From assembly GCF_009914755.1 (NCBI RefSeq), contig NC_060938.1: a stretch of 64,000 nucleotides of DNA; one strand, written 5' to 3'. The DNA comes from the human T2T-CHM13v2.0 reference genome, Homo sapiens. A model generated the notes under the pieces. The model did not search any database. It saw only the letters and a program-made list of their open reading frames with translations, and was not told the origin of the DNA. The position numbers and the translations under genes are program-made. Numbering within the stretch: the first letter of the stretch is position 1; each line of letters opens with the position of its first letter. This document shows positions 15,901 through 30,900 of this stretch, piece after piece.

Positions 15901-18900
15901 TAATCGAATCGAATGGAAGGGAATCAAATGGAATGGACTGCAATGGAATGTACTCGAGTGTTATTGACTGGAACAAAATGGAAAGTAACGTATTGGAATC
16001 AAATGGAACGGAATGGAATGGAATGGAATAGACATGAATGGCATGGAGTCGAATGGAATGGAATTGAATGGAATGGAATTGAATGGAATGGAACTGAATG
16101 GAATGGAATTGAATGGAATGGAATTGAATGGAATGGAACTGAATGGAATCAAAAGGAATAGAATGGAATGGAGTGTAAAGGAAAGATATCGAATGGAATG
16201 GAATTGAATGGAATCAAAAGGAATAGAATGGAATGGAGAGTAATGGAAAGATATCGAATGGAATGGAATGGAATGGACTCGAATGGAATGGACTGCAATG
16301 GAATGGACTCGAGTGGAATTGACTGGAACAAAATGAAAGTAACGGATTGGAATAGAATGGAACGGAATGGAATGGAATGGACATGAACGGCATGGAGTTG
16401 AATGGAATGGAATCGAGTGGAATGGAATCGAATGGAGTGGAATTGAATGGAATCGAAAGGAACAGAATGGAATGGAGTGTAATGGAAAGATATCGAATGG
16501 AATGGAATTGAATGGAATCGAAAGGAATAGAATGGAATGGAGATTAATGGAAAGTTATCGAACGGAATGGAATGGAATGGACTCGAATGGAATGGACTGC
16601 AATGGAATGGACTCGAAAGGAATGGACTGGAGAAGAATGGAATTGAATGGAATGGAATCGAATGGAATGGATTGGAATGCAGTGGAAAGGAATAGAAAGG
16701 AAAGGAATTGGATGGAAAGGAATGGAGTTTAACTGAGTCAAATAGAATAGAATTGAATGGAATGGCATCGAATGGAATGGAATGGATTGAAATGGTATGG
16801 ACTCGAATGAAATGGATTCAAAAGGAATAGAATAGAATTGAATGGCATCGAATGGAATGGAAGAGAAGGGAATGGAAGAGAAGGGAATAGAATGCAATGG
16901 AATCAGATGGAACAGAATGGAATGGAATGGAATCTAATGGAGTAGAATCGAATGGAATGGCATCGAATGGAATGGAATGGATTGAAATGGTATGGACTCG
17001 AATGGAATGGACTCAAAAGGAATAGAATAGAATTGAATGGCATTGAATGGAATGGAATAGAATGGAATGGAAGGGAAGGGAATAGAGTGCAATGAAATCG
17101 GATGGAACAGAATAGAATGGAATGGAATCGAATGGAAAGGAATCGAATGGAATGGACTGGAATGGAATGGACTCTATTGGAAACGACTTGAACAAAGTGG
17201 AATTGAATGGATTGGAATCGAATGGAATGGAATTGAATGGAATGGAATGGAATGGACTTGAATGGAATGGAGTTGAATGGAATGGAATCAAATGGACAGG
17301 AATCGAATGGAATGGAATTGAATGCAATCGACAGGAATAGAATGGAATGGAGTTTAATGGAAAAATACAGAATGGAATGGAATGGAATGGAATGGAATGG
17401 AATGGAATATACACGAAAGTAATAGATTCGAATGGAATAGCATCGAATGCAATGGAATGGAATGGAATGGACCCAAATGTAACGGAATTGAATGGAATGG
17501 GCTGAAAAAGAATGGACTTGAAAGGTACGGTCTCGAACGCAATTTATTCTAATACAATGGAATCGAATGGAATGCAATAGTATGGAATGTATTCGAATGG
17601 AATGCAATCAAAAGGAACGTACCAGAATGGAATGGACTGGATTAGAACGGACTCAAATATAATCGATTGAAAAGTAACAGATTCGAATAGAATGGACTTG
17701 AATCGAATGTAATCAAATGGAATGGAAAGGAATGGAATGGAATGGAATGGAATGGAATGCAATGGAATGAAATGGAGTGGAATTGAGTGGAAGGGAATCG
17801 AATCAATTGGAATGGAATGGAATGGAGTGGAATGGAATGGAATGCAATGGAATGGACTCAAATGAAAGGCACTGGAGTTGAATGGGCTCAAATGGATTGT
17901 AAACGAATGGAATGGAATGGAATGGAAAGGAATAGAATGGAATGGAATCGGATGGAATGGAATGAAATGGAATGGAGTCTAATGGAATAGAATCACATGG
18001 AATGACATTGAATGGATTGGAATGGAATGGAACGGAATGGAATAGACCCAAATGTAATGGACTCGAATGGAATGGACTCGAAAGAAATGGTCTCGAATGG
18101 AATTTATTCGAATAGAATGGAATCGAATGGAATGCAATAGAATGGAATTGAATCAAATGGAATGGAATCGAATGGAATGGACCAGAATGTAATGGCCTGG
18201 AATAGAACGGACTTGAATGTAAGGGATTGCAAAACAATTGATTCGAATGGAATGCAGTCGAATGGAATGAAATGGAATGGAATGGACCGGAATGGAATGG
18301 ACTGGAATAGAAAGGACTCGAATGCAATAGATTGCAATGTAATTGATTCGAATGGAAAGGAATCGAATGGAATGTAATCAAATGGAATGGAATGGAACGC
18401 AATGTAATGGAATAGAATGGAAAGCAATGGGATGCAATGGAGTGGAATCAAGTGGAATGGAATTGAATGGAATGGAATGGAATCGAATGTAATGGAATCG
18501 AATTGAATGGACTACAATGGAATAGACTAAAATGGAATGGACTGTAACAAAATGGAATGGAACAGATTGGAATCGGACCGAATGGAATGGAATGGAATGG
18601 AATGGAATGGAATGGAATGGACTCGAACGGAATGGATTCGAATGGAATGGAATCAAATGGAATGGAATCAAAAGTAATGGAGTCGAATAGAATGGACTGG
18701 AATGGAATGGATTCAAATGGAATGGACTGGAAAAAAGTGGAATTGAGCGGATTGGAATCCAATGGAACGGAATTGAATGGAATGGACTCGAATGGAATGA
18801 AGTCAAATGGAATGGTACCGAATGGAATGGAATCTAATGGAATGGAATTGAAAGGAATCGAAAGGAATAGAATGGAATGGAACGTAATGGAATGATATCG

Positions 18901-21900
18901 AATTCAATAGAATGGAATGGAATGGAATGGTATCAAATGGAATGGAATGGAATGGCATGGAATGCAATGGACTCGAATGGATAGGACTGGAGTGGAATGG
19001 ACAAGAACGGAATGGATACGAATGGAATGGAATGGAATGGAAAGGAATGGAATAGAATTGAATAGAATGGAACGAAATTTGATGGAACGGAATATAAAGA
19101 AACGAGTCGAATGGAATAGAATCGAATGGAATGGTATCGAATGGAATGGACTCGGATAGAATGGACTCGAATGGCGTAGAATAGACTGGAATGGCATCGA
19201 AAGGAATGGAAGGGAATGGAGTGCAATGGAAAGATATTGAATTGAATGGAATGGAATGGACTAGAACGGAATGGACTGGAATGGAATGGACTCGAATGGA
19301 ATGGACAGGAGGGAACGGACACGAATGGAATGGAATGGAATTTAAAGGAATTGAAAGGAATGGAATCAGATGGAACAGAATGGAATGAAACGGAGTCGAA
19401 TGGAATAGAATCAAACGGATTAGCATGAAATGGAATGGAATGGACCCAAATGTAATGGACACACATGAAAAGGACTCAAATAGAATGGACTCGAATGGAA
19501 TGGTCTCGAATGAAATGTATTCTTATAGAATGTAATCAAATGGAATGCCATATTATGGAAGGGAATTGAATGGAATGGACTGGAATGGAATGTACTGGAA
19601 GAGAACGGACTCGAATATAATGGACTGCAAGGTAATTGATTAGAATTGAATGTAATCAAAAGTAATGTAATCAAATGGAATGGAAAGGAATGCAATGGAA
19701 TGAAACCGAATGGAATGGAATGGAATGGACCCATATGTAATGGACTCAAAAGGAATGGACTCAAATAGAATGGACTCGAAAGGAATAGTCTCAAATGGAA
19801 TTTATTCGAATAGGATGGAATCGAATGGAATGCAATAGTGTGGATTGGAATTGAATGGAATGGAATCAAATGGAATGGACTGCAATGGAATGGACTGGAA
19901 TAGAACGGAATCGGGTGTAATGGATTGAAATGTAATTGAATTGAATGAAATGCAGTCGAATGGAATGTAATCAAATGAAATGGAACGGAATGCAAAGGAA
20001 TGGAATAGAATGGAAGGCAAAGGAATGGAACGGAGTGGAATCAAGCAGAATGGAATCGAGTGGAATGGAATCGAATGGAATGGAATTGCATGGAATGGAC
20101 TGGAATGGAAAGGACTCGAAGGGAATGTACTGGAACAAAATGCATTCAAACGAATTGGCATCGAACGGAATGGAATGGAATGGACTCGAATGGAATAGAC
20201 TGGAATGGAGTGAACTCGAATGGAATGTACTGGAGTGGAATAGATTCGAGTGGAATGGAAACTAATGGAATGGAATGGAATGGAAATGAATAGACTGGAA
20301 TGGAATTGGATGTAATGGAATGGAAAGGAATGACTCGAATGGAATAGAATTGTGTGGAATGGCATGGAATGGAATGGAATGTACTCGAAAGGAATGGACT
20401 CAAATGGTATTGAATGGAGTGGAATAGCACCAAATGGAAAGGAATAGAATGAAATGGAATGGAAAGGAATGGACCCAAAAGAAATGGACTCGAGTGGAAT
20501 GGACTCCATTAGAATGGACTTGAAAGGAATGGTCTCGAATGGAATTTATTCGAATAGAATGGAATTGAATGGAATGCAATAGTATGGAATGGAATTGAAT
20601 GGCATGGAATCGTATGGAATGGACCAGAATGGAATTGACTGGAATAGAATGAACCCGAATGTAATGGATGTCAATGTAATTGATTTGAATGGAATGTAAT
20701 CGAATGGAATGTAATCAAATGGAATGGAATGGAATTCAACAGAATGGAATATAACGGAATGCAATAATATGGAATGGAATAGAAGCTAGTAGAATGGAAT
20801 CGAATGGAATGGAATCGAATGGAATGGACCAGAATGGAACGTAATGGAATAGAACAGACTCCAATGTAATGGATTGCAATGTAATTGATACGAATGGATT
20901 GGAATAGAATGGAATGTAATCAAAAGAAATGAATAGAATGCAATGGAATGGAATAGAATGGAATGCAATAGAATGGACCAGAGTGGAATTGAGTAGAATG
21001 TATTTGAATGGAATGCAATCGAAGGGAATGGAATGGAACAAAATGGCATCGAAAGGATTGGAACGGAATGGAATGGAATGGAATGGATTCGAATGGACGT
21101 GAATTGGAGTCAAATGGAATGGAATAGAATGGAATGGAATCGAATGGAATGGAATTTAATGGAATCCAAAGGAATAGAATGGAATGGAATGGAATGGAAA
21201 GCTATTGAATGGAATGGAGTGGAGTCGAATGTAATGGACTGGAATGGAATGGACTCGAATGGAATGGACTGGAGTGCAATGGACTCGAATGGAATGGTGT
21301 CGAATGGAATGGAATCGATTGCAGTGGAATCAAATCGAATGGAATTGAATGGAATCGAAAGGAATAGAATGGAATGATGTGTAATGGAAAAATATCGAAT
21401 AGAATGGAATGGAATGGACTCGAAAGAAATGGACTGCTTAGGAATGGACTCGGATGGAATGGACTGGAGGGGAATGGAATCAAATGCAATGGAAGGAAAT
21501 GAAATGGAAAGGAATAGAATGAAATGGAATCGGTTGAAACGGAATGGAATGGAATGGAGTCAAATGGAATATGGAATAGAATCGATTGGAAGGGCATCTA
21601 ATGGACAGGAATGGAATGAACTCGAATTGAATGTACTGGAAAAAAATGGAATCGAACGGACTGGAATCACAGGAAATGGAATGGACTCAAATGTAATGGA
21701 CTTGAATGGAATGGACCCAAATAGAATGGACTCGAGGGGAATGGTCTCGAAGGGAATTTATTCGAACAGAATGGAATCGAATGGAATGGAACCGAATGGA
21801 ATGGACGGGAATGGAATGGACTCGATTGGAATGCACTGGAGTGGAATGGACTCAAAAGGAATGGAAACGAATTGAATGGAATGGAATGGAATTTAATGCA

Positions 21901-24900
21901 AAGGAATAGAATGGAATGCAATGGGATGGAACTGAATGGGATGGAACTGAATGGAATGGAATGGAGTCGAATGGAATAGAATCACATTGAATGGCATTGA
22001 ATGGTATGGAATGGAATGGACTCGAATGGAATGGACTGGAACAAAATGGAATCAAACGGATTGGAATCGAATGGTATGGAATGGGTTTGAATGGAATGGA
22101 ATGGACTCGAATTGAAAGGAGTCAAATGGAATGGAACCGAATGGAATGGATTGGAATGGAATGGGATTGAATGGAATGGAATGGACTCGAAACGAATGGA
22201 GTCGAATGGAATGGAACCAAATGGAATGGATTCAAATGGAATGGAATTGAATGGAATCGAAAGGTATAGAATGGAATTGGGTGTAATGTAAAGATATCGA
22301 ATGGAATGGAATGCAATGGAAGGGACTCGAATGGAATGGACTGGAATGGAATGGAATGGAATGAAATGGAAAGGAATAGAATGGAAAGGAATTCGATGGA
22401 ATGGAATGGAATGGAATGGAGTCGAATGAAATAGAATCGATTGGAATGGCATCGAATGGAATGGAAAGGAATGGACCTGAATGGAATGGACTGCAATGTA
22501 ATTCATTTGAAAGGAGTGGAATCAAATGGAAAGAAATCAAATGGAATGGAATGGACTGCATGGGAATGGAATAGAATGGAATGCAATGAAATGGAACGGA
22601 CTGGAATCGAGAAGAATGGAATCGAATAGAATGGAATTGAAGGGAATGGACTGGAAAAAATGGAATTCTACAGATTGTAATCGAACGGAATGGAATGGAA
22701 TGGAATGGAATCTTTTGGAATGGACTCGAATGGAAAGGAGTCAAATGGAATGGAATCAAATGGAATGGAATCGAAAGGAATGGAATTGAATGGAATTGAA
22801 AAGAATAGAATGGAATGGAGTGTAATGGAATGCTATCGAATGGAATGGAATGGAATGATATGGACTTGAATGGAATGGACTGGAATTGAATGGACTCGAC
22901 TGGAATGGACTGGAGTGGAATGGACTCGAATGGAATGCTGTCAAATGGAGTGCAATCGATTTCAATGGAATCGAATGGAATGGAATTGAACAGATTTGAA
23001 AGGAAAAGAATGGAATGGAGTGTAATGGAAAAGTATCGAATGGAATGGAATGGAATGGAATGGACTCAAAAGGAATGGACTCGACAGGAATGGACTGGAG
23101 TGGAATGGACTCGAATGCAATGGAAGTGAATGGAATGGACTGGAATGGAATGGACTCGAATGGAATGGACTGGAACAAAATGGTATCAAAAGGATTGGAA
23201 TAAAAATGGAACAGAATGGAATGGAATGCAATGAAATGGAATGGAAAGGAATGGACTCGAATGGAATGGAGTCGAATGGAATGGAGACGAAAAGAATGGA
23301 ATCAAAAAGAATGAAAACAAAAGGAATGGAGTCCAAAATAATGGAATCGAAAAGAATGAAATCGAATGGAATGGAGTAAAATAGAGTGGAATCCAATAGA
23401 ATGAAATTGAATGGAACCAAAACGAATATAATGGAATGGAGTGTAATGGAAAGATATCGAATGGAATGGAATGGAATGGAAATGAACGGACTCGAATGGA
23501 ATAGACTCAAAAGCAATGGACACGAATGGAATGGACTGGAGTGGAATGGATTCGAATGGAATGGAAATGAATGGAATGGAACGAGTAGAATGGAATGGAA
23601 TCACATAGAACGGAATGGAATGCAATGGAGTCAAATGGAACAGCATCAAATGCAATGGCCATGAAAGAATGGAATGGAATGGAATGGACTCGAATGAAAT
23701 AGAGTCCAAATGAATGCCATCAAATGGAATGGAATGGAATGGAATGGAATGGAATGGAATGGAATGGACCCAAATATAATGGACTCGAATGGAATGGACT
23801 CAAATAGAATGGACTCGAAATGAATGATCTCCAATGGAATTTATTTGAATAGAATGGTATCGAATGGAATGCAATAGTAGGGAATGGAATCAAATGGAGT
23901 GGAATCGAATGGAATGGACTGGAATGGACAGGACTGGAATAGAACCGAATCGAATGTTATGGAATGCAATGTAATTGATTTGAATTGAATGGAATCAAAA
24001 GGAATGTAATCAAAAGGAAAGCAAAGGAATGAAATGGAATGGAATAAATTGGAATGCAATGGTATGGAACGGAGTGGAATTGAGTGCAATGGAATGGAAT
24101 GGAATTGAATGGAATGGAATCTAATGGAATGTACTGGAATGGAATAGACTCAAATGGAATGGAGTGGAACAAAATGCTATCTAATGGATTGGAATCGAAC
24201 GGAACAGAATGGAATGGAATGGAATGGAAACGAATGGAATGGAGTCGAATGGAATGGAATTGAATGGAATCAAAAGGAACAGAATGGAATGGAGGGTAAC
24301 GGAGAAATATCGAATGGAATGCAATGGAATGGAATCAAATGGAATGGACTGGAATGGAATGGACACGAATGGAATGGAATGGAATCAGATAGAAAGGAAT
24401 GGAATGGAAAGGAATAGAATGGAATGGAATTAGATAAAATGGAATGGAATAAAATGGAGTCAAATGTAACAGAATCGAACGGAATGGCATCGAATGGAAT
24501 GGAATGGAATGGACTCGAATGGAGTAAAATCAAATGGAATGGCATCGAATGGAATGGAATGGAATTTAACGGAATGGAATGGATTGGAATGGATCCAAAT
24601 GAAATGGACTAGAATGGAATGGACTCAAACATAATGGACTCAAAAGGAATGGTCTCGAATGGAATTAACTCGAATAGAATGTAATAGAATGGAATGCAAT
24701 AGTATGGAATGGAATCCAATGGAATGGAGTCGAATGGAATGGACCGGAATGGAATGGACTGGAGCAGAACGGACTCGAATGTAATGAATTACAACGTAAT
24801 TAATTCGAATGGAATGGAATAGAATGGAATGTAATCAAATGGAATGGAAAGCAAAGCAATGGAATGGAATAAAATGGAATACAATGGAATGGAAGACAGT

Positions 24901-27900
24901 TGAGTGGAATGGAATCGAAGGGAATGGACTGGAATGGAATGGACTCCAATGGAATGGACTGGAATAAAATGGATTAGTACGGATTTGAATAGGACAGAAC
25001 GGAATTGAATAGAATTGAATGGAATAGACTCGAAAGGAATGGAGTCGAATAGAATGGAACCAAATGGAATGGAACCGAATGGAATAGAACTGAATGGAAA
25101 CGAAAGGAATAGAATGGAATGGAGTGTAACGGAAAGATATCGAATGGAATGGAATATAATCGAATGCAAAGGACTGGAATAGAAAGTACTCGAATGGAAA
25201 GGACTTTAGTGGAATGGACTGAAATGGAATGGAAACGAAAGGAATGGAATGTAATGGAATAGAATGGAATGGAATCGGATGGAACAGAATGGAATGGAAT
25301 GGAGTCTAATGGAATAGTATCGAAAGGAATGGCAGTGAAAAGAATGGAATGGAATGGCATGGAATGGGCTCGAATTGAATGGACTCGAGTGGAATAGAAT
25401 GCAATAGAATGGCATCGAATGGAATGGAATGAAATGGAATGGAATGGAATGGAATGGAATGGATCCAAATATAATGGATTCAAAAAGCATGGACTCAAAT
25501 AGAATGTACTCGAAAGGAATAGTCTTGAATGGAGTTTATTCGAATAGAATAGAATACAATGGAATGCAATAGTATGAAATGGAATAGAGTGGAATGGAAT
25601 CAAATGGAATAGACTGGAATGGAATGGACTGGAATAGGAAGGACAAGAATGTAATGGATTGCAATGTAATACATTTGAATGGAATGGAATCGAATGGAAT
25701 GTAATCCAAAGAAACAGAACGAAATGCAATGGAATGGAATAGAATGGAATGCAAAGGAATGGAACGAAGTGGAATCGACTGGAATGGAATCGAATGGAAT
25801 GGTATCAAATGGAATGGAATGGACAGGAATGCAATGGACTTGAATGGAGTGGACTGGAACAAAATGATTCGAAAGGATTGCAAGCGAACGGAACTGACTG
25901 CAGTGGAAAGTACTGGAATGGACTTGAAAGAAATGGATTCGAAATCCATGGAACCAAATGGAATGGAATTGAATGGAATTGAAAGGAATAGAATGGAATG
26001 GAGTGTAACTGAGAGATATCGAATGTGATGGAATGAAATGGAATGGACTCGAATGGAATGGACTGGAATTGAATGGATTCGAATGGAATGGACTGGAGTG
26101 GAATGGACACGAATGGAATGGAAACGAATGGAATGGAAAGGAATGGAATGTAATGGAAAAGAAGAGAATGGCATGGAATAGGATGGAACGGAATGGAATG
26201 GAATGGAGTCGAATGGAATAGAATCGAAAGGAATGGCATTGAATCGAATTGAATGGAACGGAATGAACTCAAATTGAATGGAAACGAAAGGAATGGAATA
26301 GAATGGAATGTAAAGGATGAAAATGGAATGGAATCAGGTGGAACGGAATGTAATGGAATGGAGTAGAATGGAATAGAATCGAATGGAATGGCATCCAATG
26401 GAATGGAATGGAATGGACTCGAAAGGAATCTACTCGAATGGAATAGAATAGAATGGAATGGCATCGATTGGAATGGAGTAGAATGGAATGGAATCGACCC
26501 AAATGTAAAGGACTCGAATGGAATGGGCACAAATAGAATGGACTTTAAAGGAATGGTCTCAAATGGAATTTAATCGATTAGAATGAAATCGAATGGAATG
26601 AAATAATATGGAATGCAGTCGAATGGAATTGAATCGAATGGAATGGATGGGAATGGAATGGACAGGAATAGAATGGACTGGATGTGGATTGCAATTTAAT
26701 TGATTAAAATGGAATGGAATTGAATGGAATTTAATGAAATGGAATGGAGTGGAATGCAAAGGAATGGAATAGAATGGAATGCAATGGAATGCAACAGAGT
26801 GGAAACGAGAGGAATGGAATTGAATGGAATGGAATCGAATGGAATGGACTCGAATGGAATGGACTCGAATGGAATGGAGTCGAATGGAATGGAATCAAAT
26901 GGAATGGATTCAAAAGGAATTGAATTGAGTGGAAATGAAAGGAAAAGATATGAATGGAGTGTAATGGACAGATATCGAATGGAATGGAAAGCAATGGACT
27001 CGAATGGAATGGACTCGAATGGAACAGAATTGAATGGAATGGATTTGAAAGGAATGGAAATGAATGGAATGGAATGAAATGGAATGGAATGGAATGGAAT
27101 GGAAAGGAATAGAATGGAATGGAATCGGATGGAATGGAATGGAAGGGAATGGAGTCTAATGGAATATAATCGAATGGAATGGCATCCAATGGAATGGAAT
27201 GGAATGGACTCGAATGGAAAAGACTCGAATAGAAAGGCATCGCATGGAATGGACTGGAGTGAGATGGATTCGAATGGAATGGAGTAGATTAGAATGGACT
27301 CGAATGGAATGGAAACGAATGCAATGCAATGGAATTGGATGGAATGAAATGGAACGGAAAGGAGTAGAATGGAATGGAATCGGATGGAAGAGAATGGAAT
27401 GGAGTTGAGTGGAATAGAATCGAATGGAATGTCATCAAATGGAATGGAATGGAATGGAATGGACTAGAATTCAATAGAGTCAAATGGAAAAGTACCGAAT
27501 GGAATGGCATTCAATGGAATGTAATGGAATGGAATGGACCCAAATGTTATAGAATCGAATGGAATGGACTCAAATAGAATGTGCTCGAAAGAAATGGTCT
27601 CAAATGGAATTTATTAGAATAAAATGGAATCGAATGGAATGCAATACTATGGAATGGATGGGAATGGAATGGAGTAGAATAGAACGGACTCAAATGTAGT
27701 GGATTGCAATTCAGTTGATTAGAATGGAACAGAATCGAACGGAATTTAATCAAATGGAAAGGAATGCAATGCAATGGAATGGAATAGAATGGAATGTAAT
27801 GGAATGCAACGGAGTGGAAATGAGTGGAATGGAATCAAATGGAATGGAATCGAATGGAATGGACTGGAATGGAATGGACTCGAATGGAATGGAGTCGAAT

Positions 27901-30900
27901 GGAATGGAATCGAATGAAATGTAATCAAATGGAATTTAATTGAATGGGAACCAAAGGAATAGAATGGAATGGACTGTAATGGGAAGATATCGAATGGAAT
28001 GGGAAGCAATGGACTCTATTGGAATGGACTGGAATGGAATGGACTCGAATGGAATGGACTTGAGTGGAATGAATTCGAATGGAATGGAAACGAATGGAAT
28101 GGAATGGAATGCAATGGAATGGAATTGAATGGAATACAATGGAATGGAATCGGATGGAATGGAATGGAAAGGAATGGTGTTGAATGGAACAGAATCGAAT
28201 GGAATGGCATTGAATAGAATGGAATGGAATGTACTCGAATTTAATGGACTGGAGTGAAATGTATTCGAATGGAATGGACTGGAGTGAAATGTATTCGAAT
28301 GGAATGGACTGGAGTGGAATGGACTCGAATGGAAAGGAAACGAGTGGAATGGAATGGAATGGAATGGCTTGAAATGGATAAGAAATGAAAAGAATGTAAT
28401 GGAATCGGATGGAATGGAATTGAATGTGTTGGAGTCGAGTAGAATAGAATTGTATGGAATGGCATCAAATGGAATGGAAACGAAAGGAATGGAATTGAAT
28501 GGACTCAAATGTTATGGAATCAAAGGGAATGGACTCAAATAGAATGGACTCAAAAGAAATGGTCTTGAATGGAATTTATTCGAATATAATTTAATCAAAT
28601 GGAATGCAATAGTATGGAATGGAATCGAATGGAATGGAATCGAATGGATTGGAACGAAATCGAATGGAATGGAATAGAATAGACTCGAATGTAATGAATT
28701 GCTATGTAATTGATTTGAATGGAATGGAATCGAATGGAATGCAATCCAATGGAAAGGAATGCAATGCAATGGAATGGAATAGAAAGGAATGCAGTGGAAT
28801 GGAACGGAGTGGAATCAAGTGGAATGGAATGGAATGGAATGGAATGGAATGGAATGGAATGGATTCGAATGGAATGGAACGGAACAAAATGGAATGGAAC
28901 AAAATGGAATGGAAGCAAATGGAATGGAATGGAATGGAATGGAATGGAATGGAATGGAATGGAACATAATGGAATGGAATGGAATGGAACGGAATGGAAT
29001 GGAACTGTATGGAATGGAATGGAATGGACTCAAATGGAATGGAACTGTATGGAATGGAATGGAATGGACTCAAATGGAATGGAGTCGAATGGAATGAAAC
29101 CGAGTGGGATGGAATCAAATGGAATGGAATTGAATGGAAATGAAAGTAACAGAATAGAATGGAGTGTAATGGAATAATATGGAATGGAGTGGAATGGAAT
29201 GCAGTGGACACGAATGGAATGGACACGAATGGAATGGACTGGAGTGGAATGGACTCTAATGGAATGGAAGCAAATGGAATGGAATGGAATGAAATGGAAT
29301 GGAATGGAATGGAATGGAATGGAATGGAACGAAACGGAACGGAACGGAATGGAACGGAACGAAATGGAATGGAATGGAATGGAATGGAATGAAATGGAAT
29401 GGAAAGTAATAGAATGGAATGGAACCGTTTGGAAGGGAATGGAATGGAATGGAGTCGAATGGAATAGAATCGAATCGAATGGCATCGAATGGAATGGAAT
29501 GGATTCGAATGTAATGGACTTGAATGGAATAGAGTGGACTGGAATGGCACCGAATGGAATGGAATGGTATGTGCACAAATTTAATGGACTTGAATAGAAT
29601 GGAGTCAAATAGAATGGACACGAAAGGAATGGTCTCGAATGGAATTTATTCGAAAAGAATGGAATCGAAAGGAATGCAATAGTATGGAATGGTATCAAAT
29701 GGAATGGAATCGAATGGAATGCAATAGTATGGAATGGTATCAAATGGAATGGAATCGAATGGAATGCACCAGAGTGGAATGGACTGGAATAGAACAAACT
29801 CGAATGTAATGGACTGCAATGTAATTGATTCAAATGGATTGGAATTCAATGGAATGTAATCAAATGGAATGGAATGGAATGCAATTGAATGGAATAGAAA
29901 GGAACGCAAAGGAATGGAACGGAGTGGAATAGAATCGAATGGAATGGAATCAAATGGTTTGCACTGTAATGCAATGGACTCGAGTGGAATGGACTGGAAC
30001 AAAACGGAATCGAATGGAATGGAATAGAACATAAAGGAATGGAATGGAATGGAATGCAATGGACTCGAATGAAATGGAGTCGAATGTAATGGAATTGTAT
30101 TGAATGGAATCAAATAGAATGGAATTGAATGGATTGTAAAGGAATAGAATGGAATGAAGTGTAATGGAAAGATATCGAATGGAATGGAATGAAATGGAAT
30201 AGACTCAAATGAAATGCACTTGAGTGGAATGGTCTCCAGTGGAATGGAATGGAATGCAATGAAATGGAAAGGAATACAATGGAAAGGAATCGGATGGAAC
30301 TGAATGGAATGGAATGGAGTTGAAAGAAAATGAATCAAATTGAATGGCATCGAATGGAATGGAATGGAATGGAATGGAATAAACCCAGATGTAATGGACT
30401 TGAATGGAATGGACTCAAATTGATTTGACTCGAAGAAATGGTCTCGAATGGAACTTATTTGAATAGGATGGAATCCAGCGGAATGTACTAGAATGGAATG
30501 GAATCAAATGGAGTGGAATTGAATGGAATAGACCAGAATTGAATGGACTGGAACAGAACGTACTCGAATGTGATGGATTGCAAAGTAATTGATTCGAATG
30601 GAATGGAATAGAATGGAATGGAATGGACCATAATGGACTGGACTTTAATAGAAAGGGCATGAATGTAATGGACTGCAATGTAATTGATTCGAATGGAATG
30701 GAATCGAATGGAATGTAATCAAATGGAATGGAATGGAATGGAGTGCAATGGAATGGAATAGAATGGAATGTAATGGAGTGGAACGGAGTGGAATTGAGTG
30801 GAATGGAATTGAATGGAATGCAAATGAATGGAATGGAATCGAATGGAATGGACTGGAATGTAATGGACTGGAACAAAATGTAATGGAGCGGATTGGAATC

